From: an uncultured Chloroflexia bacterium
GTDB lineage: Bacteria; Chloroflexota; Limnocylindria; Limnocylindrales; CSP1-4
Reading direction: 5' to 3'
Length of the DNA stretch: 64,000 bases
Assembly: GCA_963749705.1 (NCBI GenBank)
Contig: CAVVNQ010000003.1
Coordinates: 128,001-192,000, forward strand
Shown here piece by piece: positions 1 through 13,238 of the stretch. A program made the position numbers and the translations under genes. The notes beneath the pieces are model-generated. The model did no database searches. It was not told the DNA's origin and worked only from the letters and a program-made list of their open reading frames with translations. Within the stretch, counting starts at the first letter, position 1. Each line of letters begins with the position of its first letter.

Positions 1-2432
1 TGCCCCTCGTCGCCCTCCGGGAGACGGTCATCTTCCCGGAGATGATCGTTCCGCTCCAGGTGGGGCGCGAGAAGAGCGTCGCGGCGCTCAATGCCGCCGT
101 CGAGAGCGGCGGCCCCATCGCGCTGGTGACCCAGCGTCACCCGGAGCAGGAGGAGATCGGCGACCCGTCCGAGCTCTACCCGATCGGTACCCTGGCCAAG
201 ATCGCCCAGGTGGTCCAGCTCCAGGACGGCACCGTGCGTGCGATCGTGCAGGGCCAGGGCCGGATCCGCGTCAACGGGTTCGTCCACACGTCGCCATATC
301 TCGCGGCGCGCGTGGAGGAGCTGGCCGACGCGAGCCCGGGCGGCCTCGAGATCCAGGCCCTGATGCGCAGCGTCCAGGCCCAGATCGAGCAGTACGTCGC
401 CAACGGGGCACCCGTGCCGCCCGAGGCGGCCGTCGCCGCCCGCAACATCACCGAGCCGGGCCTGCTCGCCGACATGGTGGCGTACAGCCCCGACATGTCC
501 ACCGAGCAGCGCCAGGAGCTGCTCGAGACGATCGACGTCGAGGAGCGGCTCAAGCTCGTCTCGACGTTCCTCGCCCGCCAGATCGAGATCCTCGAGCTCA
601 AGGGGAAGATCCAGAGCGAGGTCAAGTCCGAGATGGACAAGACCCAGCGCGAGTACATCCTGCGCGAGCAGCTCAAGGCCATCCAGCGCGAGCTGGGCGA
701 GGACGATCCGCAGCAGGCGGAGATCAACGAGCTTCGCGAGAAGGTCGAGGCCGCCGGCATGCCCGAGGAGGTCCGGACCCGGGCGATCAAGGAGATCGAC
801 CGGATGAGCCGGATCCCGTCCGCCTCACCCGAGGTCGGCGTGATCCGCACCTACGTCGACTGGCTGGTCGCGCTGCCGTGGAACGTGTCGACGGACGACC
901 GGCTCGACATCAAGGAGGCCGCCCAGATCCTCGAGGAGGATCACTACGGGCTGGAGAAGGTCAAGGAGCGCATCCTCGAGTACCTCGCGGTGCGCACCCT
1001 CGCGGACACGATCCGCAGCCCGATCCTGCTGTTCGTCGGCCCGCCCGGCGTGGGCAAGACGAGCCTGGGCAAGAGCATCGCCAAGGCGATGGGTCGCAAG
1101 TTCACCCGGATGAGCCTGGGCGGAATCCACGACGAGGCGGAGATCCGCGGCCATCGGCGCACCTACATCGGGGCGCTTCCCGGACGGATCATCCAGAGCA
1201 TCAAGACGGCGGGCACGAACAACCCGGTGTTCATGCTCGACGAGGTCGACAAGATCGGCATGGACTTCCGCGGCGATCCGTCGTCCGCGCTGCTCGAGGT
1301 CCTCGACCCGGAGCAGAACTTCAGCTTCCAGGACAACTACCTCGAGGTGCCGTTCGACCTGCGCAAGGTGCTGTTCATCGCCACCGCCAACCTGCTGGAT
1401 CCGATCCCGGCCGCCCTGCGCGACCGGATGGAGGTCATCCAGCTGCCCGGCTACACCCAGCGCGAGAAGGTGGAGATCGCCAAGCGGTTCCTGGTTCCCA
1501 AGCAGATGGAGAACCATGGCCTGACCGCGAAGCGGATCGAGCTCACCGACGCCGCGCTGGTGGAGCTGGTGCAGGCGTACACGCACGAGGCCGGCGTCCG
1601 GAACCTCGAGCGCGAGATCGCCAACATCATGCGCAAGGTTGCCCGCGCCGTCGCCGAGGGCCGCAAGCGCAAGGTCGTCGTCGACCTCAAGCAGCTCAAC
1701 GCGTATCTCGGGCCGCCGCGGTTCGAGTACGGCGAGCTCGAGGCCGAGGACCAGACGGGCAGCGCGACGGGCCTGGTCGTGACCGAGGTCGGTGGCGATG
1801 TCGTGGCCGTCGAGGTCACCAAGATGGAAGGCAAGGAGGACTTCATCCTCACCGGGCAGCTGGGCGACGTGATGCGGGAGTCGGCGCGTGCCGCGCTGTC
1901 GTGGATCCGGTCCAACGCGGCGGACCTCGGCATCGCCCGCGAGGTGTTCGAGAAGAACACCCTGCACATCCACGTCCCGGCCGGCGCGATCCCCAAGGAC
2001 GGGCCGTCCGCGGGCGTCACGATGGCCACGGCGATGGTCTCCGCGCTGGCCGGCATCCCCGTCCGCAAGGACGTCGCGATGACGGGCGAGATCACGCTCC
2101 GCGGGCGCGTCCTTCCCATCGGCGGCCTCAAGAGCAAGATCCTCGCCGCCCACCTGTCGGGTGCCGGCATGGTGATCCTTCCCCGCAAGAACGAGAAGGA
2201 CCTTCGCGACATCCCCGAGGACGTCCGGAAGCAGCTCAAGCTGGTGATGGCCGACAACATGGACCAGGTGCTCGACGCGGCGCTCCGGCGCCGCCCGAAG
2301 CCGCTCAAGCCCACGACACCCGTCGTGACCGGCGGCGGCAGCTCCAAGCCCGAGTCCGAGTCGGGGACCCGCGTCCGCCGGGCCCCCTTCCCGCCTGCCG
2401 ACCAGCCGCAGGTCGTCGTCGGCGGCCGGTAG
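1..2432 (+). CDS. lon: ATP-dependent Lon protease (5' end outside window)
   Basis: Frame open to window edge ([14 protein letters not shown]...); Walker [20 protein letters not shown], catalytic PKDGPSAG and GGLKSK. Confidence 0.97.
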   Translation, partial: PLVALRETVIFPEMIVPLQVGREKSVAALNAAVESGGPIALVTQRHPEQEEIGDPSELYPIGTLAKIAQVVQLQDGTVRAIVQGQGRIRVNGFVHTSPYLAARVEELADASPGGLEIQALMRSVQAQIEQYVANGAPVPPEAAVAARNITEPGLLADMVAYSPDMSTEQRQELLETIDVEERLKLVSTFLARQIEILELKGKIQSEVKSEMDKTQREYILREQLKAIQRELGEDDPQQAEINELREKVEAAGMPEEVRTRAIKEIDRMSRIPSASPEVGVIRTYVDWLVALPWNVSTDDRLDIKEAAQILEEDHYGLEKVKERILEYLAVRTLADTIRSPILLFVGPPGVGKTSLGKSIAKAMGRKFTRMSLGGIHDEAEIRGHRRTYIGALPGRIIQSIKTAGTNNPVFMLDEVDKIGMDFRGDPSSALLEVLDPEQNFSFQDNYLEVPFDLRKVLFIATANLLDPIPAALRDRMEVIQLPGYTQREKVEIAKRFLVPKQMENHGLTAKRIELTDAALVELVQAYTHEAGVRNLEREIANIMRKVARAVAEGRKRKVVVDLKQLNAYLGPPRFEYGELEAEDQTGSATGLVVTEVGGDVVAVEVTKMEGKEDFILTGQLGDVMRESARAALSWIRSNAADLGIAREVFEKNTLHIHVPAGAIPKDGPSAGVTMATAMVSALAGIPVRKDVAMTGEITLRGRVLPIGGLKSKILAAHLSGAGMVILPRKNEKDLRDIPEDVRKQLKLVMADNMDQVLDAALRRRPKPLKPTTPVVTGGGSSKPESESGTRVRRAPFPPADQPQVVVGGR

Positions 2433-2557
2433 GAGGACTGCTGGGACGCCCGATGCGCCTGTCGTCCGCACCCACTCCCGCCGGCGTGCGCGCCGTGTTG
2501 CCCCGATGGGGCCGCACGGCGCGGCTGCGCTGCGGCGCGCCCGAAGGGGGTTGAGCC

Positions 2558-3646
2558 GTGGAGTATCGGGACTACTACCAGATCCTCGGCATCCCGCGGA
2601 CCGCGTCCCAGGCCGAGGTCAAGAAGGCGTTTCGTAAGCTGGCCCGCCAGCACCACCCGGATCGCAACCCCGGTGACGCGTCGGCCGAGAAGCGGTTCAA
2701 GGACGTCAACGAGGCCAACGCGGTCCTGTCCGATCCCGACAAGCGCAAGCAGTACGACACGCTGGGCGCGGACTGGGAGCAGTTCCAGCACGCCGGCGGG
2801 AGCCGGGGCGCCGATCCGTTCGGTCCCGGCGGCCCGTTTGCGGGCTTCAGCGGCTTCAACAGCCGCGGCGGCGCCGGCCAATCGGGCAACGTCCGCTACG
2901 AGTTCCGGACGTCCAGCGACACGGATGCGGGCTTCTCCGACTTCTTCCGCATGTTCTTCTCGGGTGCCGGGTCCGCGCCGCCGGGTGGTCGCCGCGATGC
3001 CGCGGCGGACCGTGCCGCCAGGCGGGGCCGCACGGGAGGGCCGGGGTTCGAGGACATCCTGGCCGGGATGGGCCTCGACGGCGCGCCGTCCGGGCGCGCG
3101 ACTCGTTCCGGAGCGGGAGCGCGGACGAAGGTGCGCCCGCCCGAGGTCGAGGCTCCGGCCGAGCTGAGCCTCGAGGAGACGTATCACGGCACCACGCGCC
3201 TGGTCGAGGTGGAGGGCAAGCGGTACGAGGTCCGGATCCCGCGCGGCGCGGACACGGGCAGCCGAATCCGCCTGAGCGGCAAGGGACCCGACGGCCGCGA
3301 CCTGATCGTCACGGTGCGGGTACGTCCGCACGAGACCTACACGCGGCGGGGCGCAGACCTCGAGCGCGAGCTGCCGGTCACGCTCCGCGAGGCGCTGCTC
3401 GGCGGCGAGCTGCCCGTGACCACGCTCAAGGGCCGGATCCTGCTCACGATCCCCGCCGGGACGCAGAATGGCCGGACCTTCCGCCTCACCGGGCAGGGCA
3501 TGCCCAGGCTCAAGGGGGACGGCATGGGCGACCTGTACATCAAGATCCGCGTCGTGCTTCCGGCCAGCCTCAGCGACGAGGCCCGGGCCGCGGCGGCCAC
3601 CTTCCTCGACCTCGTCGACCAGCCGGACCCTCGGGCAGCCGGCTGA
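2558..3646 (+). CDS. DnaJ-class (CbpA-like, type II) co-chaperone
   Basis: J-domain with HPD, G/F-rich linker, C-terminal DnaJ_C domain; no zinc finger. Confidence 0.92.
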   Translation: MEYRDYYQILGIPRTASQAEVKKAFRKLARQHHPDRNPGDASAEKRFKDVNEANAVLSDPDKRKQYDTLGADWEQFQHAGGSRGADPFGPGGPFAGFSGFNSRGGAGQSGNVRYEFRTSSDTDAGFSDFFRMFFSGAGSAPPGGRRDAAADRAARRGRTGGPGFEDILAGMGLDGAPSGRATRSGAGARTKVRPPEVEAPAELSLEETYHGTTRLVEVEGKRYEVRIPRGADTGSRIRLSGKGPDGRDLIVTVRVRPHETYTRRGADLERELPVTLREALLGGELPVTTLKGRILLTIPAGTQNGRTFRLTGQGMPRLKGDGMGDLYIKIRVVLPASLSDEARAAAATFLDLVDQPDPRAAG

Positions 3647-3679
3647 CGTTCATGCGGCCCGACCACGCAGAGACCGACC

Positions 3680-6424
<2,745 letters not shown>

Positions 6425-6449
6425 CCGCGACGCGGAGCCGGACGGCCCG

Positions 6450-7097
6450 ATGCAGCACGAGGAGGCCGTCCGACGCCTGAAACAGCTGCCCGCGCAGCTG
6501 CCGGAGGGCCCGGCCTCGTTGATGCCCGTGGTGGTCGAGACCGGCGAGGCCCGCGTCCGGCCCCCGTGGGACGAGGTCGCGGCGTCATCGTCCCGACCTG
6601 CCGCCGTGCTGGTGCTGCTATACCCCGATGCGGACGGCGTCGCCCGGATCGTGCTGACCGAACGAGCGGATCGCGGCGGGCATCACTCGGGCGAGGTCTC
6701 GTTCCCCGGCGGCCGCGAGGAGCCCGGCGATGCCGATGCTGCGGCCACCGCGCTCCGCGAAGCGTCCGAGGAGGTCGGGCTCGATGTCGCCGCCGCGGGG
6801 GTGCGCGTCCTCGGAAGCCTGCCGGTGCACTGGATCCCGGTCAGCAACTTCGCGGTGACTCCGGTCATCGCCGTCGCGGACCGGCGGCCGGCGCTGACCG
6901 CGCAGCCAACCGAGGTCGCCGCGATCCTCGAGCCACCCCTGTCCGCGTTCCTGCCCGGCGCGTCGCTGCAGATGGTGGAGCGCGACATCCGCGGGGTCCG
7001 GGTCCGCTACGCGGCCTATCCGATCGACGGGCTGGCCGTCTGGGGGATGACCGCGCGCGTGCTGGGCGGCCTGGGGGCGTGGCTGACGCGAGGCTGA
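6450..7097 (+). CDS. Nudix hydrolase, CoA pyrophosphatase (NudL-like)
   Basis: AAVLV...LTER...HSGEVSFPGG...ALREASEEVGL and WGMTA; start moved to ATG 6450. Confidence 0.88.
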   Translation: MQHEEAVRRLKQLPAQLPEGPASLMPVVVETGEARVRPPWDEVAASSSRPAAVLVLLYPDADGVARIVLTERADRGGHHSGEVSFPGGREEPGDADAAATALREASEEVGLDVAAAGVRVLGSLPVHWIPVSNFAVTPVIAVADRRPALTAQPTEVAAILEPPLSAFLPGASLQMVERDIRGVRVRYAAYPIDGLAVWGMTARVLGGLGAWLTRG

Positions 7098-7103
7098 CGT
7101 CCG

Positions 7104-8903
7104 CTACGGGGTTGCCATGACCGATCCGCCGTGCGCGCGGGTGGTCGTCCCATCCCGATAGTCGACATCCGCCGTGTACGTTTCGAAACCGTCGGCGGTC
7201 GCGAACGTCACGGCCCAGATCCACGTGGTGTCGTTTGCGCCTCCTTGTTCGTCAACCACCGCGACCGGCCCCGCCTCGGCGGACAGCAGGACGAGGTCGA
7301 CGCCCGACACCATGGAGCTCCCATTGAGGTACTGCCGGGCCGCGACCACCGCCTCATCGAGCGAGATGCCACTGGATGGCTGGGCCGCCAGGTACACCGG
7401 GGCGATCCGAGCCGCCCCGTACATCACCACGCGGTCGAGCACCGGCTTGAAGGCGCAGTCCGCCGCGGCGCAGCCCCGGTCGCGCACGTGCACCTGGAGC
7501 AGGACCGGCCGTTGCTCCGAGCGGCCCGGCAGTGCCAGGTTGTCCATGGTCGGGGTCGAGAAGATGGGCAGCGAGGCACCGCCGTCGCCCGTGGCCCGCA
7601 GCAGGATTGCCATGCATTCTTTGAAATAGACGCCGTTGGAAGCAGGGGTGCCCAAATCAAAGGAAGCGGAACAGCCGAGCTGATCGGTGCCCAACAGCCA
7701 ACCGCTGACGAAGATCGGCGAGTCGTCGGTCGCGGCGGCGATGCGGGCATCGGCCTCGGACCCGACCTGGACCACGGGCTCACCGTCGACCGACGAGGGG
7801 AACGTCTGACCCGGGTCGAGGACAGGAGAAGCACCCGACCCGATCGGTCCGCTGCCGCCCCCGAACACTGTCCCATCCATGTAGTCCACATACTCGACGC
7901 GCTCGGTATAGCCGTCGTTCAAGACCATGTTCACGACCCATTCCCAGCGAGCGGGCTGGTCGCCGGCCTGATCATCCAGCCACTGGGCCGTGCCGACCGC
8001 CACCCGGAGCACGGGCAACTGGCCCGGTGCCGGCGGCGGATAGTGCACCAACTGGCGACGAGCGCTCTCGATCGCCTGCTCGGCGGTGATCCCACCGGGC
8101 GGCATCGCGGAGGTCAGCAACCCGGGCGCAACCATGACCGCCCCGTACATCAGGACGCGGTCGAGCACCGGCATCCGGGCACAGTCGCTTCCCTCACATT
8201 GCGGGTCGCGGACATGAACCTGGACCAGCACCGGCTGTGCCCGCGCCGGGCCGGGCCGAACCAGAACCAGGTACGGACGCGCGGCGATTGTCGAGAAGAT
8301 CCGGAGCGCGGGACCGCCGTCGGCCGCAGCCCTCAGGAGTGTCCCGATGCAATCCGGTCCGAGCGTGCCATCTGGAGCCGGCACGCCGCCATTCTCCTCG
8401 GCGCAGTCGATCCAGTTCCAGTCCCCAGACACCAGCCACCCGCTGAGGTAGATCGGCGCGTCGTCGGTCGCGGCGGCGATACGGGCGTCGGCCTCGGGCC
8501 CGACCTGGACCACCGACGTGCCGTCGACCGAGGGCGGGAAGGTCTGGTTCGGGTCGAGGACCGGGACCGTGACCCCGTCCGGGTTGACGCTCGCCGACGG
8601 CGCGGGCGATCCGGTCGGCGTCGTCGGCGTCGAGATCGGGAGCGGAGACGCCGCGGTCGTGTTTGGCAGCCGCAGCCCGTTCAATCCGACAACGAGCGCA
8701 ACGACCGCCACCGCCACGACCGCGAGACCCAGGACGAGGCCGGTGCCGCGGCGGCGGGCTGCCCCGCCCCCCGCCTCGAGCGCCGTCGACACGAGGTCGC
8801 GGTCGGCGAGGTCGTGCTCGGCCCGGGACACGGCCCGGGACCAGGACGCCTGCAGTCGCTGCTCGATGTCCCGGTCGTCGTCGGGGCGCATCGGGGACGT
8901 CAT
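7104..8903 (-). CDS. Single-pass membrane protein with two tandem ~245-aa extracellular repeats; probable anti-sigma partner
   Basis: Short cytoplasmic N-terminus, one TM helix, S/T/P linker, duplicated VLDPxQTFPxSVDG...DARIAAATDD unit; ATGA overlap with ECF sigma stop. Confidence 0.7.
   Translation of the reverse strand: MTSPMRPDDDRDIEQRLQASWSRAVSRAEHDLADRDLVSTALEAGGGAARRRGTGLVLGLAVVAVAVVALVVGLNGLRLPNTTAASPLPISTPTTPTGSPAPSASVNPDGVTVPVLDPNQTFPPSVDGTSVVQVGPEADARIAAATDDAPIYLSGWLVSGDWNWIDCAEENGGVPAPDGTLGPDCIGTLLRAAADGGPALRIFSTIAARPYLVLVRPGPARAQPVLVQVHVRDPQCEGSDCARMPVLDRVLMYGAVMVAPGLLTSAMPPGGITAEQAIESARRQLVHYPPPAPGQLPVLRVAVGTAQWLDDQAGDQPARWEWVVNMVLNDGYTERVEYVDYMDGTVFGGGSGPIGSGASPVLDPGQTFPSSVDGEPVVQVGSEADARIAAATDDSPIFVSGWLLGTDQLGCSASFDLGTPASNGVYFKECMAILLRATGDGGASLPIFSTPTMDNLALPGRSEQRPVLLQVHVRDRGCAAADCAFKPVLDRVVMYGAARIAPVYLAAQPSSGISLDEAVVAARQYLNGSSMVSGVDLVLLSAEAGPVAVVDEQGGANDTTWIWAVTFATADGFETYTADVDYRDGTTTRAHGGSVMATP
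7130..8562 (-). repeat. Intragenic tandem duplication (two ~740-bp units)
   Basis: 7716-7823 closely matches 8454-8562; VHVRDxxCxxxDCxxxPVLDRV occurs twice. Confidence 0.85.
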
Positions 8904-9373
8904 GTCAGCACCTCCCGCAGCTTCGCCAGACCCAGGCGCAGCAACGTCTTGACCGTGTTCTCGCTCACGCCCATCGCGCCGGCGGTCTCCGCGACCGACA
9001 GCGACACGAGGTGGTGGAGCACGACCGCGACCCGCATCCGCGCAGGCAGCTTCGCGACCGCCATCCGGACCACCAGGTCCTCATCGGACGGGCCTCCCGC
9101 CGGCGCCTCGAGCACGCGGCCATCAAGCGACACGAGCGATCGCAGGCGGCGGCGAAGCCTGAATGCCTCCCGCATCTCGATGGTCAGCAGCCACGAACGA
9201 AGCCGCGCGGGATCCTGAAGCTGGCTCCGTCGGCGGACGGCGATCTCGAGCGTCGCCTGGACGAGGTCCTCCGCGTCGGCCTCGGAGCGCATCAGGTAGC
9301 GCGCCGTCGCCAGCAGCGTCGGCGCCAGCGCGACGATCTCGCGGTCCCCGATGACCTCCGTGTCCGCCGCCAT
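8900..9373 (-). CDS. ECF RNA polymerase sigma-70 factor
   Basis: Region 2 DAEDLVQ...LRSWLLTI; region 4 LPARMRVAVVL...SVAETAGAMGVSENTVK; start set at ATG 9373. Confidence 0.9.
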   Translation of the reverse strand: MAADTEVIGDREIVALAPTLLATARYLMRSEADAEDLVQATLEIAVRRRSQLQDPARLRSWLLTIEMREAFRLRRRLRSLVSLDGRVLEAPAGGPSDEDLVVRMAVAKLPARMRVAVVLHHLVSLSVAETAGAMGVSENTVKTLLRLGLAKLREVLT

Positions 9374-9518
9374 GCGCAGCCCAGTCCCCTCGATGCTCCA
9401 TCCCGGCGCCTCGTCCCGCGCGAGCGACGCCTCATGCAGGGTCATGCACATACAGAGGCGGCGGAAGGGCCGAATGGGTGAACGCCGATCGGGAGATCCG
9501 GGAGCGCGCCAGGCGCAG

Positions 9519-10013
9519 CTAGAGGGGCTCGCCCTCACCGGCGCCGGGGACGGGCTCGCCGGCACGCGTGTTGATCGGGCGCGGCGCGAGGCGCCCCTCA
9601 CCGCGCGCGGGCCGGCGCGCCGGAGGTGATTGCGGGTCGGGCGCGACGGCGTCGCTGTCGATGACCGATGGGAGCGCCAGCTGCGGCACCGGGAGCTCGA
9701 CCACGATCGCGCGCATCGGCGCGCCATCGGTCCAGGCAGCGTGGATGACGTCCGGCGGCCACACGGCGGCCTCACCGGCCTGGATGCGCGTCCGCTCGTC
9801 GCCCACCAGCACCCAGCCGCCGCCCTCGATCACCAGGAAGTAGGTCGTGTTGGGGTTCGTGTGCGGCGCGATCCGCGCCTGGCGGCCGAACGCGAGCTCG
9901 GCGATCGTCCCTGAGCTCGCGCCCTGGATGACCTGCGCTTCGATCCCGGTTGTTCCTGGTGGCCCATCCGGGCGCCGGTGCCCGACGCCGAACCGACGGA
10001 CGTCAATGGGCAT
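9519..10013 (-). CDS. Cupin domain protein
   Basis: PHTNP...FLVIEGGG...AGEAAVWPPDVIHA cupin motifs. Confidence 0.8.
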   Translation of the reverse strand: MPIDVRRFGVGHRRPDGPPGTTGIEAQVIQGASSGTIAELAFGRQARIAPHTNPNTTYFLVIEGGGWVLVGDERTRIQAGEAAVWPPDVIHAAWTDGAPMRAIVVELPVPQLALPSVIDSDAVAPDPQSPPARRPARGEGRLAPRPINTRAGEPVPGAGEGEPL

Positions 10014-10025
10014 CGCGGCGCGGCG

Positions 10026-10457
10026 TCAGCGGCGGCGGCGGCGCCGCGACGAGCGGGTCCGGATCGTCGCCTCGGGCTTGGCAAAGCGCTCGCGGGAGAA
10101 GTACCGCTGCTTCGCAAGCTGCCGCTCGTACGCGCGGAACTCGGGCGGGAACCGGAAGAACCGGATCCACAGCAGCGTCCCCATGCCGACCACGATCGTC
10201 GAGAACACGATGATCCAGTCGAAGCGGAACAACGCGTACACGAGGAGCAGGCTGAACACGATGATCCCGGTCCACAGGATCCACTCGTACATGTCCAGGT
10301 ACACCTTGTGCCGGTGCAGCTGCCGGGTCCTGACGTTGTACAGCACGACCGTCGCGACGAGCATGACCAGCGACCCGATCCAGATCGGGTTGTAAAGATC
10401 CGGGAAGTTCTCCAGGCTGAACGACCGGAACAGGTATTCCCAGGGATAGAGCCTCAC
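10026..10457 (-). CDS. Hypothetical membrane protein (about 3 TM, basic C-tail)
   Basis: GAGAGGA RBS then GTG at 10457; hydrophobic helices; high GC3 codon usage. Confidence 0.75.
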   Translation of the reverse strand: MRLYPWEYLFRSFSLENFPDLYNPIWIGSLVMLVATVVLYNVRTRQLHRHKVYLDMYEWILWTGIIVFSLLLVYALFRFDWIIVFSTIVVGMGTLLWIRFFRFPPEFRAYERQLAKQRYFSRERFAKPEATIRTRSSRRRRRR

Positions 10458-10505
10458 GCGGGTCCTCTCGACGTCGGCCGGCGGACCGGCCCGATGATTG
10501 GCGGT

Positions 10506-10538
10506 CCGAGTATGCCACGGGCCCCACGGTATACTCGG
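10506..10538. promoter_or_regulatory. Inverted repeat carrying back-to-back -10 boxes for purH and the divergent membrane gene
   Basis: CCGAGTAT-N17-ATACTCGG; TATACT on + (10530-10535), CATACT on - (10509-10514). Confidence 0.55.
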
Positions 10539-10638
10539 CGCCTGAACGCGCCCGCCCGAAACGGCCCGGAACCCGTCCCACGGCCCGGTCGTCGAAACGG
10601 CGTGTCGCACCCACCGCCCGGAGGGAGGACCCACGCAG

Positions 10639-12186
10639 GTGCGTGCGCTGCTCTCGGTCGCAAGCCGCGAGGGGATCTCCGGATTCGCGCGCGAGCTCAA
10701 GCAGCTGGGCGTCGAGCTGTTCGCCACGGACGGCACCCTCGAGCACCTGGCGGCTGACGGCATCGAGGCGGCGCCGATCGGCGACCTCACCTCCGTGCCA
10801 CCCCTCGTCGGCGGCCAGGTCCGGACGTTCCACCCGGCGATCTACGCGGGCATCCTCGCGCGGCGTGACGTGCCGGACCAGCTCGAGGAGCTGGCCACCA
10901 ACGGGATCGGGCTGCTGGACATCGTGGTCGTCAACGTCAAGCCGTTCGCACCCGAGGTGGGGCGCCAGCACATCGGCATCGACGAGGCGATCGAGATGAT
11001 CGATGTCGCCGGGCCCGCGCTGCTCGGTGCCGCGGCACGCAACGCGGCCGGGGTCACCGCGGTCTGCCGGCCGGAGCACTACGCGATCGTGCTCGAGGAG
11101 ATGCGCGAGATGGGCCAGGTGTCGGCCGAGACCCGGTACCGCCTGGCCGCGGACGCCTACGGCACCGTTGCCGCGTACCACGCCGAGATCGCCGCGTATC
11201 TCAACCAGATCTCGGGCAATGCCTTCCCGCAGCGCCTGGCGCTCGTGCTCGAGAAGGTGACCGACCTTGCGTACGGCGAGAATCCCCACCAGCGAGCGGC
11301 GTTCTACCGCGAGACGACGCACCGGTCGGGCTCGCTGGCCGACGCGGCGCAGGTCCACGGTGCCCCGCCGACGTTCAACAACCTGATGGACATCGATGCC
11401 GCCTACCGCATCGCAGCCGACTACACGTCGCCCACGGTGGTCATCGCCAAGCACACCGACCCGGTGGGCATCGCGACCTCGGACGAGCTCGTGGAGGCCT
11501 ATCGAAAGGCGCTCGAGACCGATCCGGTTGCCTCGTTCGGCGGCATCGTCGGCGTCAACCGGGAGCTGGACGGCGCCACGGCGCGCGAGATCGCCGCGAA
11601 CTCCTACGAGGCCGTGGTCGCGCCCGGGTTCTCGCAGGCCGCCATCGGCATCCTGCGCCAGAAGGCCGGGCTCGAGCTGCTGGCCGTCCCGCCGTCGCCG
11701 ACGGAGGGCATGCGGGACTACGGGATCGCCAACCTCGACTTCAAGCGCGTCGGCGGCGGCCTCCTGGTGGAGGCCCTCGACGCGGTCGATCTCGACCGAG
11801 GCCAGCTCCAGGTCGTGACGCGGCGCCACCCGACGCTGGGTGAGCTGACCGACATGCTGTTCGCATGGCGCGCCGTGCGGCACGTCCGGTCCAATGCCAT
11901 CGTGCTCGTGCGCAACGCCGCGACCGTCGGCATCGGCGCCGCGCAGGCCAGCCGCAACACCTCGGTGGACATCGCGCTCCGCCGTGCGGGCAGTCGCGCC
12001 AAGCTCTCGGTGATGGCGGCGGACGCCTACTTCCCGTTCCCGGATGGGATCCAGATCGCCGCCAACGCGGGGATCACGGCGATCATCCAGCCCGGCGGCT
12101 CGATCCGCGACGAGATGGCGATCGAGGTCGCCGACCGGCACCATCTCGCGATGGTGTTCACCGGCAAGCGCCACTTCCGACACTGA
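10639..12186 (+). CDS. purH: Bifunctional AICAR transformylase/IMP cyclohydrolase (divergent IMPCH site)
   Basis: YGENPHQ, KHTDPVG, SNAI, DAYFPFPD, QPGGSIRD, C-terminal RHFRH. Confidence 0.93.
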   Translation: MRALLSVASREGISGFARELKQLGVELFATDGTLEHLAADGIEAAPIGDLTSVPPLVGGQVRTFHPAIYAGILARRDVPDQLEELATNGIGLLDIVVVNVKPFAPEVGRQHIGIDEAIEMIDVAGPALLGAAARNAAGVTAVCRPEHYAIVLEEMREMGQVSAETRYRLAADAYGTVAAYHAEIAAYLNQISGNAFPQRLALVLEKVTDLAYGENPHQRAAFYRETTHRSGSLADAAQVHGAPPTFNNLMDIDAAYRIAADYTSPTVVIAKHTDPVGIATSDELVEAYRKALETDPVASFGGIVGVNRELDGATAREIAANSYEAVVAPGFSQAAIGILRQKAGLELLAVPPSPTEGMRDYGIANLDFKRVGGGLLVEALDAVDLDRGQLQVVTRRHPTLGELTDMLFAWRAVRHVRSNAIVLVRNAATVGIGAAQASRNTSVDIALRRAGSRAKLSVMAADAYFPFPDGIQIAANAGITAIIQPGGSIRDEMAIEVADRHHLAMVFTGKRHFRH

Positions 12187-12199
12187 ACGAGAGGCCACC

Positions 12200-13183
12200 A
12201 TGGAGCTGATGCTCGCGCTGGAGATGGTCCGGGTCACCGAGGCCGCGGCGATCGCGTCGGCCCGGTTCATGGGCAAGGGGCAGCGCGACGAGGCGGACCA
12301 GGCGGCGACCGAGGCGATGCGCCGGACCATGGACGAGGCCCACATCGCGGGCACGATCGTGATCGGCGAAGGCGAGCGCGACCAGGCGCCGATGCTGTAC
12401 ATCGGGGAGCAGGTCGGCCGCTCCGAGGCGTCGGACGCGGCGAGCGCCGTGGACATCGCGGTGGACCCGCTCGAAGGGACCAACCTCGTCGCGACCGGCC
12501 AGGGCGACGCGATCACCGTGCTCGCGGCGTCCGAGCGCGGCGGCCTGACGCATGCGCCGGACACGTATCTGGAGAAGCTGTGCGTGGGGCCGGTCGCCGC
12601 GGGTGCCGTGGACATCACCCGGCCGGCCGCCGAGAACTGTCACCGGATCGCGGAGGCGCTGCGACGCAAGGTCCAGGACATCACGGTGATCATCCTCGAT
12701 CGGCCCCGGCACGACGACCTGATCGCCGAGGTCCGGTCCACGGGCGCCCGGATCAAGCTGATCACCGACGGCGATCTCTCGGGCGCGATCAGCTGCGCGG
12801 TCCAGGGAACCGGCGTCCATGCCGTGATGGGCATCGGCGGGGCGCCCGAGGGCGTGATCACCGCGGCCGCGCTGCGCTGCCTCGGTGGCGAGATCCAGGC
12901 GCGGTTCCGCTTTCGCAACGACGAGGAACGAGAGCGCGCGACCCGGATGATGGGGACCGCGGACGAGGAGCGGGTCTACCGGACCGAGGATCTCGCATCG
13001 GGGGACGAGCTGGTGTTCGCGGCCACCGGCGTGACCAACGGGGAGCTGCTCCAGGGCGTGCGCTTCTTCGGCGGCGGCGCGCGGACGCACTCGCTCGTGA
13101 TGGGCTACCAGACCAAGCAGGTCCGGTTCGTCGATACGGTCCACATGTTCGACCGCGACCGTCCGCCGGCGGTCCGGCTGTAG
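12200..13183 (+). CDS. glpX: Class II fructose-1,6-bisphosphatase
   Basis: RVTEAAA, VIGEGERDQAPMLYIGE, DIAVDPLEGT, GIGGAPEGV; start at ATG 12200. Confidence 0.95.
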   Translation: MELMLALEMVRVTEAAAIASARFMGKGQRDEADQAATEAMRRTMDEAHIAGTIVIGEGERDQAPMLYIGEQVGRSEASDAASAVDIAVDPLEGTNLVATGQGDAITVLAASERGGLTHAPDTYLEKLCVGPVAAGAVDITRPAAENCHRIAEALRRKVQDITVIILDRPRHDDLIAEVRSTGARIKLITDGDLSGAISCAVQGTGVHAVMGIGGAPEGVITAAALRCLGGEIQARFRFRNDEERERATRMMGTADEERVYRTEDLASGDELVFAATGVTNGELLQGVRFFGGGARTHSLVMGYQTKQVRFVDTVHMFDRDRPPAVRL

Positions 13184-13238
13184 GCGGGCTCGACACCCGG
13201 CGGGCGGGCGATCCGCTCGCGCTTTCTCCAGCCGCGGG

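Noticed and set aside
2433-2557. CIRCE or HAIR heat-shock operator before the dnaJ-like gene
   Set aside because: No TTAGCACTC-N9-GAGTGCTAA or CTTGAGT-N7-ACTCAAG match, only GC-rich partial hairpins
10458-10638. ZMP/ZTP riboswitch upstream of purH
   Set aside because: Conserved GACUGGCG and GCCUGGGC elements not found; the inverted repeat is explained by divergent promoters
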